A DNA stretch of 64,000 nt from Octopus sinensis (GCF_006345805.1 NC_043010.1:6758001-6822000); one strand, 5' to 3'. Numbered from the stretch's first letter, positions 13,730 through 27,724 are shown. Notes: generated from the sequence alone by a model not told the origin. Made by a program: numbers and translations.

Positions 13730-15223
13730 TATCCCCTGTGTTATGGAAGCATTGCATTTTTGGAAATTTTGCCATATGGGCTTTTGTCACAAAATATTAT
13801 TTCCCTGTCGACTTCTCTCCATAGATGGAACTCAATGAAAATAGAATCAATGGGGAAATATTTTACATTACAAAACTCCATGTTATTTCAAGATTTTTGA
13901 AGGGTGCAACACTTGCAAGATGCAATCTATCTGCCTGTCTGTCTATCTATCTACACCACATGTACTCATATACTTATATAACTACATGTATATGTATATG
14001 TTTGTGTGTGTATGTATATATGCATATATGGAGGGTGTGAGTGAGAGACAGACAAGCAAAGAGTCAAGGTGAGGGACAGATGGGCATGCAATTTAAAAGG
14101 GAACGTGAAATCTCACATTGTTGAAGGAAGACTACTTCTGAACAGAAATTATTGAGAACCTGCTCTGCACATGGCTTAAAACATCTGAAGGAGCCTTAAA
14201 ACTGAATATGGTATACTCATTCAAATACCATCAAAGAACACTGTACAATCCATACTGCTCTGAGGAATTGCTACAAATCCTACTTTATACACCACAAAAC
14301 TCACAAAACGCCATTAGGTAAGAATTGATTTATAGCACAAACATGCAGCTTCAAAATAGTTGATAAATGATACAAAATCATCACTTAATTCCTATGATAA
14401 AACAATTCAACTTAAATTGAACAAAATTATACATATATATATATATATATATATATTGGTGATGTCAAGAATTCTATAAACTTTTGAGAGAACTTGAAAT
14501 AAATCATTTTCAGAACATTGGTTCTCAAGGCACATTTTATTTTCAAAAGGTTTTTCAACCCGATATTTACAAACTATATTTATAATATTTATAGCTTGAT
14601 GTGATGTGCCTTGATGTATATAATGTTTCAAAAATGATAACATATAAATATAAATATATATACACATACACACACAGACTCACACATACTCACATTCACA
14701 CACTCATGCTTACACACACATTCATGCACACCCAGACTCACACCCACTCACTCATGCACACTCATTCACACACACACACACACGCACACACACAAACATG
14801 CACACACATGCACAGGCATAATGTGCATGACTGTCTTACATGTTTCTCGTGCATTCACTCTTGGTGAATGTAGCCTTGATGGAAGTTAATGTAATCAGCA
14901 GGTATCCAATGTCCATTGGATGTTTCAGCCTTGGTCTGGTACACCCAACTGCTGACAAGTCAGCAATGATGGCCAAATCACTGTCCACCTTCTCTGTCTT
15001 GTTTTCACCTTAGTTCTTCTGTCTTGTTTTGATTTCTAAATGCACTCAGTGACTTACCCAGCTTTAGAGTTCAACTAAACGAAACTTGGACTATGATGTG
15101 AGTCTTCCTCACTGTTTTGCTTTGGATTTATAGAAATACACATGGTATTCTAGATACTGGTGAGCTGTTGTGCAATTTAGATTTAAATCATGCTATATAG
15201 TTATATATATATATGTATACATA

Positions 15224-15266
<43 letters not shown>

Positions 15267-15330
15267 AATAATAATAATAATAATAAATAGTGGTTTTACC
15301 TCTAATTTAATATATGCTCTTTTTTTTTTT

Positions 15331-15705
15331 ACTCTTTTTACTTGTTTCAGTCATTTGACTGTGGCCATGCTGGAGCACCGCCTTTAATCGAGCAACTCGA
15401 CCCCAGGACTTATTCTTTTGTAAGCCTAGTACTTATTCTATCAGTCTCTTTTGCCGAACCGCTAAGTTACGGGGACATAAACACACAATGCTAGGGGGAC
15501 AAACAGACATACAAACACACACGCACACATATATATACATATATACGACAGGCTTCTTTCAGTTTCCATCTACCAAATCCACTCACAAGGCTTTGGTCAG
15601 CCCGAGGCTATAGTAAAAGACACTTGCCCAAGGTGCCACACACTGGGACTGAACCCGGAACCATGTGGCTGGTAAACAAGCTACTTACCACACAGCCACT
15701 CCTGC
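15331..15705 (-). mobile_element. SINE family A, full length
   Basis: Reverse complement of 7257-7678. Confidence 0.85.
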
Positions 15706-15881
15706 AAGCCTTTTTGTGGAAGAGCGTAGGCTCAAAACGTTAAAGACTTTTTCACTTCCTGAGCATTATACTAATACATCTGTTTGTTGTCTACACCACC
15801 TGTCTTCATCTTTTGTCTTTTTGTGAATTCTCCCTATACATATATATATATTAAGATATATATATATACATATATATATTA

Positions 15882-16393
15882 CATGAAAAAATGCGAGCGT
15901 GAAAAGTAATATTCTTAAGATTATAAACCTGGAAAAGTACAGGACAAGTTATTACACCTGTAAAAGTATAGGACAAATTATTACTTCAAGTAAAGTAAAG
16001 AATAAGAAACTTTTTACTTAGAATATTGCAGCAAAGAATGCCAGTTTTTCCAGTTTATCACTCTTTACAGTTCTCATTTTTAAAATTTAATGTACAAAAC
16101 TGTTCAGCTAATTTGTAAGTTTGTCTAATTAGTCACTTTTTTCTATATTTAAGATAGTAAATTAGCCAAATTCTACTTAAATAAGTATAGTGTTATTTGT
16201 AAACTATAATAAAATATTTTTTAATATTCAAATTTTAATTTTAGCTGCAATATTTTAAGTAAAAAGTTTCTTATTCTTTACTTTACTTGAAGTAAAGTTT
16301 GTCCTATTCTTTTAAGGTGTAGTGTAATTTAACTTGTACTTTTCCAGGTTTATAATCTTAAGAATATTACTTTTCATGCTCGCATTTTCCATG
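15882..16393. mobile_element. Fold-back MITE with about 150-bp TIRs
   Basis: 15882-16032 (CATGAAAAAATGCGAGCG...ATATTGCAGC) is the reverse complement of 16244-16393; TA on both sides; AT-rich non-coding core. Confidence 0.8.
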
Positions 16394-17387
16394 TAACCAT
16401 GATTTTTCTAGGCATACTGTTATAAGATTATTAATAATGTTGTCAATTATAATTAGGATTTTACCCTAAAATATGGGTAGAAGGATACATTGTCTGCTAT
16501 TTTTAGCATGTCGAGCGACCAGGTAGAGCTCCTTCATTTGTTTGATTGTGTGATGAGATTTTTTTACACATATATGTATAATATGCATATATATATCATT
16601 GGCAAATGTTAAAGAGTAAGTCAAAACCTGAGAGTTTTGTGTATTGGCACTTATCAAACATGAATTTGTCCATTGTCACTTTGTAATTTGTGATGAAGTA
16701 ACTTCTAAAATACAAAATTTCGTCAAAAACATTAATAGCAAACCCTGTTATATGTGACACATTGTACCAGTATCGGCAGTTTGAAAGTGTTTAATTAAAA
16801 AAATTAGATAATCTGTATGTCAAATTGAATAGATCCAAAATGGATAAAAAGCAAAGTTGACCTTGGTGGGATTTGAACTCAAACTACCACTATGCATTTT
16901 GCCCAGCATGCTAATGCTTCTGCCAGCTCTCCAACTTAGAACAGAAATATTCATTTTAGCAATATATTCTTTAACATTCTTACTGCTAAGCATTACTCCT
17001 TTACTCTCTTACTTACTTACTCAAAATTTCATGGTATTTCACCCCATAACTTTTCTTCTATTAATTTTTGTTCAATGCGACTAACGACTCTGAATTCCTC
17101 ATACGTTTTTCTATCATTTAAGCCTAAGAAAAGTATACTTTTATTTTTAAATTGAAAAGTTTATGTTAATTGCAGATGAATAGGTGGCAGATATTTTGAT
17201 GTAACTTTTTTCTACTGAACCAAATCTCAAACTATTTATGCCAAAGTGTCCTCTTTAAAACTGTTAACAGTTTGCAATTTTGTTGAGAACTGAATTAGTG
17301 GAAGCTGCTGCAATTGATGAAATGGTGGACTGCAATTGATGAAATGGTGGACTTAAGAATATATTCAACCACCGCCATGGTTGAATG

Positions 17388-17418
<31 letters not shown>

Positions 17419-17835
17419 GGCGCAGGAGTGGCTGTGTGGTAAGTAGCTTACTAACCAGCCACATGGTTCCGGGTTCAGTCCCACTGCGTGGCATCTTGGG
17501 CAAGTGTCTTCTGCTATAGCCCCGGGCCGACCAATGCCTTGTGAGTGGATTTGGTAGACGGAAACTGAAAGAAACCTGTCGTATATATGTATATATGTAT
17601 ATTATATATGTATGTGTGTGTGGTGTGGTTTGTGTGTCTGTGGTTGTCCCCTAGCATTGCTTGACAACCGATGCTGGTGTGTTTACGTCCCCGTCACTTA
17701 GCGGTTTGGCAAAAGTGACCGATAGAATAAGTAATGGGCTTACAAAGAATAAGTCCCGGGGTCGATTTGCTCAACTAAAGCGGTGCACCAGCATGGCCAC
17801 AGTCAATGACTGAAACAATAAAAGAGTAAACGAGT
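17419..17835 (+). mobile_element. SINE family A, full length
   Basis: GGCGCAGGAGTGGCTGTGTGG head through aaagagtaaa tail. Confidence 0.85.
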
Positions 17836-18800
17836 ATATATATATATATATATAATATATATATTATATATATACACACAGTAGAGCCAGTCACCACATC
17901 AAAGTGGCTGTTGAATGTTACTACTTACTTGTTTAACCCCAGGCAGATTCTCTGCCCGCTGGTTATCAGTGCAACTCTGCATCCTTCATATACAATATAC
18001 TGTTAGCAGGGGAAGCAAAACCTTACCACCTTCTTGCAGGTGGACTTTAAACAATGATGATGATGATGATGATTATGTATGTATGTATGTATATATTATA
18101 GAGAGAGAGAGATTGATTGATAGATAGATAACAGATATACATGTATATATACATATGTATGTGTATTTATATGTGTGTGCATGTATGTGCATGCGTGTGT
18201 GCACATGTGTGTGTGTGTTTGTGTGTCTGGTTGTCCCCTAGCATTGCTTGACAACCGATGCTGGTGTGTTTACGTCCCCGTCACTTAGCGGTTTGGCAAA
18301 AGTGACCGATAGAATAAGTAATGGGCTTACAAAGAATAAGTCCCGGGGTCGATTTGCTCAACTAAAGGCGGTGCACCAGCATGGCCACAGTCAAATGACT
18401 GAAACATATAAAAGAGTAAACGAGTATATATATATATATATATAATATATATATATACACACAGTAGAGCCAGTCACCACATCAAAGTGGCTGTTGAATG
18501 TTACTACTTGTTTAACCCCAGGCAGATTCTCTGCCCGCTGGTTATCAGTGCAACTCTGCATCCTTCATATACAATATACTGTTAGCAGGGGAAGCAAAAC
18601 CTTACCACCTTCTTGCAGGTGGACTTTAAACAATGATGATGATGATGATGATATATGTATGTATGTATGTATATATATATATAGAGAGAGAGAGATTGAT
18701 TGATAGATAGATAGACAGATATACATGTATATATACATATGTATGTGTATTTATATGTGTGTGCATGTATGTGCATGCGTGTGTGCACATGTGTGTGTGT
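17630..18800 (+). repeat. Tandem duplication, about 585-bp unit
   Basis: gtagagccag at 17881 and 18464; cccctagcattgc at about 17648 and 18234. Confidence 0.85.
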
Positions 18801-20029
18801 GTTTGTGTATATATTTGTATATATCTATATATATATATGTATATTGATGAAGCAGACATAACTGTGCTTGTGGAAGAATATCGACTTCAGCTGATGGAAT
18901 TGTGAGTGTGGTGTGTGTGTGTAAGTGTTTATGTGCTTGTGTGTGTGTGTGTGTGTGGTGTGTGTGTGTGTGTGTGTGTGTCTTACACACGTTTACACAT
19001 GGTATATAGTGATGTACATTCTCTCATCTGATAATGATATACTTGTTGATATACTCACACAACAAAATTTATTTTGTTGCTCTTATCTTCACAACCAATC
19101 AAATCACTTTTTACTCTTACCATTACCTCCTACATTCAAGCAAATTACTTTTTATTCCCTTCATAACATTTCTATAAAGGAACAAACATCAATCGTCACA
19201 AGTGAAACTTTTTTTGTTGTATTCTCTTGCTGGTCACACTTACAATGCTGTTACTTTTATTTGACCCAGATACTTCTGATCAAATAACCTTATGATGAAA
19301 GGCATTCCAAACATGACCATCCTGTCCATCTTTTGCCTATTTCATATCAAGAATGGATTATATAGTATCCAATGGATTTTCATTTTTGAAGATTTGGAAT
19401 CTTCTTTTGGTGAGGATTTTCCTATTTATAGTATAGTGAGCAACAAAGCTTGTTACAGCTCTGTCATACTTTTGCTCCTGATTATTGAACCGTGTTTCTT
19501 TAATGATTATTTAACTAAAACAATTAACCTACAGCATCACTCTAATGATGGCTTCTAAAGAGGTTTCAAACTCAACCTATCTTTCACTTCCACTTAGTTT
19601 AGGAATATTAATATATTCTTTTTACTCACCTCAGTAACTTGAAGGTCAGTGGAAATTGTGATTGACTTAATATAAAATCAAAGAAAAATGTCTATCCACT
19701 AATGTATTTAATCAGAATTGTATATAAATATAAATCCATTTTTTGATATGTGTATCCATCCATCATTTATCCATCTATCTAACTGTTCACCAATCAAACT
19801 ACTTATCCACCTGCTTGCATATCTATCCAACATACTTACCTATCTACCTTTCAGTCTATCAATTTATCAATCAACCCAGCTATCAAATGTAAAACAGTAC
19901 ATTTTTAGCATTTGACATTTATATAAAGAAAATCATATTTAACCCCATTGTTATGGTTCTGAGTTACATAATTTAGATTCTTCCAAATAAAGAAAGTACT
20001 GTCCTCTAACCCTTCCCCTCTCTCACTAT

Positions 20030-20068
<39 letters not shown>

Positions 20069-20385
20069 TACATATATGTATACATATATCTATATGTGTG
20101 TATGAGTGTGTGTTTGTATGTGCATGTGTGTGTGTGTTTGGGTGTTTGCATGTGCAATGTATACTGATATAATACGTAAACATATATTATGACATTTTCA
20201 ATGATTTTCAGTTTCACGCAAAGTGGGGCTTCTTCAAAAGGAAGTGATTCATGTGAAAGTTTTGAGACAAAATTTGGACTCAAAACAAATCCATCTGCAG
20301 AAGTAAGATTGAGATTAAGACTTTGCAAAGTTTTATATATATATATATGTGTGTGTGTATGCGTGTGTGCGTGTGATATATATAT

Positions 20386-20694
20386 CACGTGATCACGTGA
20401 CTGACCAGGCTATCAGATGTTGCTACACATCGCTGGTCACAATATGCTTTGCATTTTTTTGCCTTCAAATGATGCCGCCCCACTGGCTAAGCGAGCAGGC
20501 CAACAGAAGAAAGAGTGAGAGAAAGTTGTAGAGAAAGAGTACAGCAGGGATCGCTACCACCACCTGCCAGAGCCTCGTGGAGCTTTAAGGTGTTTTTGCT
20601 CAATAAACACTCACAATACCCGGTCTGAGAATCGAAACTGCAATCCTACGACCGCGAGTCCGCTGCCCTAACCACTGAGTCATTGTGCCTCCAC
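20386..20694 (-). mobile_element. tRNA-derived SINE (distinct family)
   Basis: Minus-strand head TGACTCAGTGGTTAGGGCAGCGGACTCGCGGTCGTAGG...GTTTCGATTCTCAGACC has A and B boxes. Confidence 0.7.
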
Positions 20695-22618
20695 ACACAC
20701 ACACACATATACATATATATATATATACATATATATATCATCATCATTGTCATCGCAACTTTTTCATGCTTGCATGGCTCAGCAGAGACTATTCTGGAGG
20801 ACAGTTTTCTTGAAATGGAAGTTCATCCAGACACCAACTCTTACCTATTTCCAAGCAAGAGTGTAGTCACTCAGTCTATCTAACTACAAACAGTCCAGTC
20901 CAGACAGATTTGGTGGAGAACTGGAAACAACTGATACCATTTGTATGAATGTTTCCAAACAGAACAACATATCAAGGCAACTCAAGAAGTCTGGATAAGG
21001 TCTATATAAAAGTATCTATCTCTCTATTGTTTTCAAGCAGCGAGCTGATCTCATCAGTGGTGGTACTGCAAAAGCACTCAATGCACTCCATATTGTTAAT
21101 CAATTTGAGCAGAGACAGAGCAGGACTTATGAGAGCCCTTCTGTGTTGCTTACAAATCTGGGAAATTTTTCTTTAACTCTTAATTTTTCTTTAAGAAACA
21201 CCCAGTGCCCCTTCCACCCCTCACCCACTTTCACCCAGTGCCCCTTCCACTCCTCACCCACCCATCACCTTCCCCGCTTTCAAAAAATAAAAAAAATAAA
21301 AACTCAGAATATTTCACTTTCGATTGATGTTTCACGCATGCGTAGAATTCTACTGAAATAGCAGACGTCAAAAATATCAGACCACCACCAGAAACCCAGC
21401 ATGCTGGAAACAACAGCTAAATGATATTATTTCTTGTATGAAAACTTCCCCGCTTTCAAAAAAGCTAAAACTAAAACGTTTGGAGGTGATGGATGAAGGT
21501 TGAGGATGGGAATTTGAGTGTTTCTTTTAGAAATTTTTTTTTTTAATTCTTGATTCATATAAAGCAGCCTCTATAAAGCAAGTACTAAGAAAAAGTACAG
21601 CCAGAAAACTTTGTATATTGATTGGTAATAGGAAGGGTCTCCATCTGTAGAAACCATGCCAATAATGATATATTGCAGGAAGATGTGATTTTCTGACTCA
21701 TTCAATAATCATATCAAACCATCTTACCAGCGCCAGCATGGGAAACAATGAATATACAGTGAAAAAGATGATTATCACACACACAAATACTACTTCCTGT
21801 TCATCTATGAAGCTCACATGGTCTTGCATTCTTTACCAGTAGCAGCCAGTGTTTTCTAACATAGAGGGTATTAGACCCTGCCTTCTCTCTTTAATTTCAC
21901 TCCTGTCAACTTTTCCCTGGAGGAGGACTATGACCAAAACATTGACTTTTCCAGTTTTTGTAGCAAGTTGACAGTGCAATGCCCAAATGAAATATGTATG
22001 TATGTATGTATAAGTATATACACACTTTAGATAGTTTTAATTTTTTTTAATATGTTTTATATTGTGTTTGTCGACTGGTTTCGCTTTTGCTAATCATGAC
22101 ATTAAAATTATTTTAATCACATATTTTCTTTGGTAAAATTCTTTTTGTCCGTGTTGTTGTGTGGAGTTTATGAATGAATGATTCAACACGTAGAAAAATC
22201 TAAGGGGAGGTAATTAGTGATCATTATTATTGTTGACAGGGGAGATAATTGTTCATCTTTTGGCAGGGAGGAAAAATATATACAAAAATTCAAAAGCTAG
22301 AGTAGTGGGAAGAAGTATGTACAATGATGGTTATGTAAGCATGAATTAAAAAATGTATAGTGATCAAAGTTGGTTATGCATGCCTCTTTAGACGTGTTCT
22401 GTATTTTTCGCTGAATAAATTTTCTTTATTTAAATGTTTTTGTATAGAAATTGTATCTTTGCACTGGTAGAAGGGAAAAGCTGTGAAATTTTGTTTGATG
22501 TTACCTGCACATCTCCCTCTGTGTTCACTTAAAGGAATCTGTCTGTATTGCAGGAACCAGATCTGCTCTTTATGTAAAGTGGTTCTCCGTCCCAATGTCA
22601 TATATTTATATATATATA

Positions 22619-23476
22619 CAGTGTGATGTGTAAATCGTCACCATTTTATATTTTTAATTTCATGCATGCACTTTGCTTGTTTTGATTTTGCTGACTACAC
22701 AGTATATTAGGGTCAGTTGGGCACTGCCTGTGAGAAAACCAACAGTATGACATAATTCACTTTGCCAAAAATTTGGAAATGGCATGCTGTACTGCTTGGC
22801 ATTTGCACCAGAAGCTCGAATACAAACATTTTGGAGTATTTGGATGTCAATCTGAGGACATGTACTGAGAATGATAAAAATCAAACATCCAGTCAACATC
22901 ATGGTGCTTGGAGTGATCACTAGTGATGGCGACGTTCATTGTCCAACACCACCTCAGACTCAACATGGAGGTCTGCATTGAGTGCCTGGAGGGGGTAGTG
23001 CTACCCTGGGTCAAGAGGATGACTACTGGAAGACCCTATGTCTGGCAACAGGACTCTGCACCATATGACACAAGTAGGAGAACCCAGTGGTGGCTGTCAG
23101 GCAATTTCTGCAACCACATCACCTCTAACATCTGGTCATTTAACTCTCCAGATTGCAACCCCTTGATTATTATGTGTGGGGTGCAGTTGAGTGAGAGACC
23201 AACAAAACTCCTTGTAACACTAAAGATGAACTGAAGGCAAGGATTATGGTAACATTTACCAACCTAAACAAGGAAACCATCCAGAAGAGTTGCAGGTGAT
23301 TCTGAAGTCGTCTTCAGGCCATGGTTGAAGCCAATGGTGATTTTATTAAATGAATTTATTCTTTAGTATTTCAAGATATTTCTTTGTATTTTTGATAAAT
23401 ATATCTGTTAAAATGAAATGTCAGTCTTATTTTCATTTTTGTGTAATTTAGACGACAATTTATTCACTGCACCCTG
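22619..23476 (+). mobile_element. Internally deleted Tc1/mariner-superfamily transposon, maT/DD37D-like; transposase pseudogene
   Basis: TA-flanked imperfect TIRs (CAGTGTG... / ...CACCCTG). Remnant reads KHPVNIMVLGVITSDG...VLPWVK...YVWQQDSAP...W..NSPDCNPL(DY after a 1-nt frameshift); 37 residues separate the second and third Asp. Confidence 0.8.
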
Positions 23477-23506
23477 TATGTATTATATATATATATATAT
23501 ATATAT

Positions 23507-23989
<483 letters not shown>

Positions 23990-24028
23990 CTCTCTCTCTC
24001 TATATTATATATAATATAAACACATCAG

Positions 24029-24242
24029 CACTGGTTGTCAAGCAGTAGTTGGGGACAAACACAGACACAAAGACACACATACATACAAAAATATGCGTAA
24101 CGTGTCATTATATACTGACAAAAATTAGATATATACAAAGGGCTTCTTTCAGCTTACAGCAGAAAGCACTAGCCCAAAGTACCATATAGTGGGATTGAAC
24201 CCGGAACCATCTGGTTGGGAAGCAAGCTTCTTACCACACAGC

Positions 24243-24243
<1 letters not shown>
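24029..24243 (-). mobile_element. SINE family A, diverged partial
   Basis: gggattgaacccggaacc...cttaccacacagc. Confidence 0.65.
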
Positions 24244-24294
<51 letters not shown>

Positions 24295-24301
24295 GTATGT
24301 A

Positions 24302-24338
<37 letters not shown>

Positions 24339-25214
24339 CTATATATATAATGAAAGGGAAGTAATATTGATGTGAATGCCTACTCCAGATTTAGTGAAAC
24401 ACTCCTGTGTTAATGAGCCTGCTTACCTAGTTTTCATCAAAAGAATGTATGACCACAGAGGTGTATATTTTTGCATAGGAATAGAAATAGTAGAGAGTTA
24501 ATTATTCCCTAGTATATGTAAATGTATGACTATCATCATCATCATGGTCATCATCATAACCATGATCATTACTATCATTAATTATGACAATTTTTTCTTG
24601 AGTTATACACATCATCATGACTCTTATTCCCTTGCATGTTCAGAGCCAAAAGCAAAAAAAAAAAACCTTCGAAAATTGATCTACAATCACGAGTGCAACT
24701 ACTCAGCCACATACATTCTAATGCAGTTTGTTATAAATAAAAGTAAAATGAAGTGAGATATAGTTATAAGGATTAAAAGACTACTAAATGTACTCAGACT
24801 GGGTGGATACAAAGATGTCTTTATAGAATATATAAGTAGAGAACAAGAAATTATGGAGAGGTTTGTTACATTTGATGGGGCATATGGAAAGACTGTTATA
24901 CCATCAGAAAATGTACTGCTTGTATTTAAATAAACACAGTGCATATAGAGAAAGAATAAGATATAAGGATGAGAAGGAAATGTGGAAGAGATGGTTGGTG
25001 GGTGGAAGAGTGGTAGTTAAATTAATAAACATTTGAGAGATTTTAAAAATTGAGCTATAATTAAATTGAACATTCTTCTTTTGCTTCTGCTAATAGTATT
25101 CTTTACAAATTTAACTAGGCATGTGATCAACAATTGTAACTTAAATGTAGAGTGTGTATAAAAATACAAAATATAAATAATATATAAATATATGCATATA
25201 CACATACATATATG

Positions 25215-25790
25215 TACATACCTACATATATATGGGTACAGGACATCAAAAAAAACGTGGACGCAATGAGGAACGAGAACATAAAAAACAAAAACATAGA
25301 AAACAAACTTTTTTTGAACAACGTAAAAACAAACAGAGAAACGAGACAGACAACATAAAGAACATTCCCTTCATCAGTTGTCCCCTGTTTTATCTACTCC
25401 GTATTTCGAAGGTAAGGACAAGATGTGACTTTGTTAAACAGTCCTTTCCACAAAGTAAATTAAATGAAATTTGGGATGTTTTGTGGAGGGTTAAAGTGGT
25501 AACAAAAACAGGGCAGCAAGAACAAAACAGCAAAAACAAACGGTATGGGCTGTTAAGCTATAACGAGGTGAAGTGGTGAATGCTGGAAAAACAAGCTTTG
25601 AGAAGAGACAGGCAAAAGCACGTCTTATCTTTAGGAAGGAAGTGGAAGAAAGAAAGAATGGCCGGTAGTCACATGTGATCAACGAAAGAGTCAAGGAAGA
25701 AGAGTGAGAGAGAGTGGGAACGGTGAAGGGGAGAGGAGAAAAGTAGAGAAAGGGTGGGAGAGAAAAACAGAAAGGAAGAACATCTGTATA
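25215..25790. mobile_element. Repeat fragment related to 29440-30125
   Basis: Both start gtacaggacatca, have an A-rich tract, then tcatcag(t/c)tgtc...tttcgaagg. Confidence 0.4.
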
Positions 25791-25898
25791 TATATCTGTC
25801 TGTCTATCTATCTATCTATACACACACACACATGTAAAGATATATATATATATATATACACACACACATATATATATATATGTATATATGTATATGTA

Positions 25899-25948
<50 letters not shown>

Positions 25949-27066
25949 TGTGTATATATATATAATAAGAAAATGGAGGAATAGATTCCTTTCAATCATC
26001 AACTTACAGATAATGTTGATGATTGAAAGGAATCTATTCCTCCATTTTCTTATTTTGTATTATGAATTGAGGTAAAACATTTTACCTTCGCCCATATAAT
26101 ACAATAAATGAACTAATTGCATTGCAATTGTAAGCATTTATGTATTAGCCTTTTGGATACTTCACTGGCAGTATATTGGATAAAGGATATCCCATAGTGG
26201 GTTACACTCATAACCCCTATCTCACTTTATATATATATATATATATTGGTAAAAACGGTAAGATAACAAAAGAAAGAAAGAGACCTCAATATTATGTAAA
26301 TATATTACACCATTTAATGCCTGTTTTCCATGCTAGAACAGTTTGACAGAAGCCAGCAAGCCAGAGGACTGTGCCAAGGTCTAATGTTTGCTTTGGCATA
26401 GTTTCTATGGCTGGATGCTCTTACTAAGACCAACCCCTTTACAGAATGTTTATTACATGTTATATATGTTATGTAAAGCATGAAAAATCACATGAGATTA
26501 AATGTAGGTTAACTGGACAAATACAAAGTTAATGATTAGAATATTTTATACTGAGAGAACTTTTTGTTGCAGTTTACATAGTCGTCATTGATAATTTAGT
26601 TTTTATTACAATTGAACAGATGCCTGTACCTTTAACTGCTGTGTATGTGTATAGAACACATTATAAGTATGAAATGGTCATAGCTGAAATGATTTTGATT
26701 GAAGCTCTACTCAATTGTTTGATCTGGGGTTAAACAAGAACATCAACAAATCACATACACAAGCACATGTGCACACACATACACATGCATACACATACAC
26801 CCCCTCCCACCACACACGCACACACTCTCACACACGTGTATTTGTGTGTTATATGTGTATTTGTAAACCAAGAATAGAGGGTATATGTTCTCTCATGACT
26901 TGCTAGATATAATAGCCAAATCTTGAGAGCACACTCTACTGTTTTGAAGAGAAAAGAGAAAAGAACACTTTGAAGAACATGGTCCTATGTACACTATACT
27001 GAAACCAAAAGACAGGCTTGGCTTAGCTGAAACACTTTGATCATAGGTTATCTCGGCCAAGATTAA

Positions 27067-27287
27067 CCCTTTCGTTATCAACCCGGCTGAAACCGGCTCT
27101 GGCTCTGTAGTACAAATGTCTTGTTTTCATAAGTTTTGAATTAAAATCTTCCACCAAACCTTAGTCACAATTTATGTTCCTAAAACTAGCTTAATGATAA
27201 CTAGGTTATTTTACTAAATTCTTTGTTATATTTAAAATAATTGAAAGAAACACAGATCGTCTCAAAATAAATACAGTAACGAAAGGG
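27067..27287 (+). mobile_element. piggyBac-like MITE (family 1)
   Basis: TTAA-CCCTTTCGTTA...TAACGAAAGGG-TTAA. Confidence 0.8.
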
Positions 27288-27524
27288 TTAAGTAACATAA
27301 CAGAGATGTACAACAGGGATTGAAAATACTCAATATACAATTTTAGTTATAATAGGCAATGATCAAAAATCCTTGATATACACTTCAGTTTTATTTTGTT
27401 TTCCTTTTTTTATTATTAATTTCTACACCATACCATTTCTTCAAACCATATCAGAATCATTTAATGACAGTTGCCACTGAAGAAAGACTCTTCTCTCTTT
27501 GCTAAGTCTGTAATGCGAGTTTAA

Positions 27525-27724
27525 CCCTTTAACAACCAGATTACTACCAAATGCTTATTTACTCACATTATTTTGAATTAACCATGCATTATCTCATAGC
27601 TTTGAGATTTCGATGGCGTGATTGTTTTATTTTAAGAATGACATTGTAGGCCAGGTCTGGTTGGTTTGAACATAAACCAGGTTGAATATTTTGACCAGAT
27701 ATGGCTGATATGAATGCTAAAGGA
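27525..27724 (-). mobile_element. piggyBac-like MITE (family 2), diverged
   Basis: TTAA-CCCTTTAAC...AATGCTAAAGGA-TTAA; interior resembles the reverse complement of 35431-35650. Confidence 0.65.

Noticed and set aside
15053-15180. Minus-strand donor with a nearby SRIPC peptide echoing the protocadherin tail
   Set aside because: All frames from the plausible acceptors contain stops; the 5-residue match is likely chance.
21020-21062. Minus-strand CTGATGA-hairpin-GAAA
   Set aside because: No stem III, NUH triplet or stem I.
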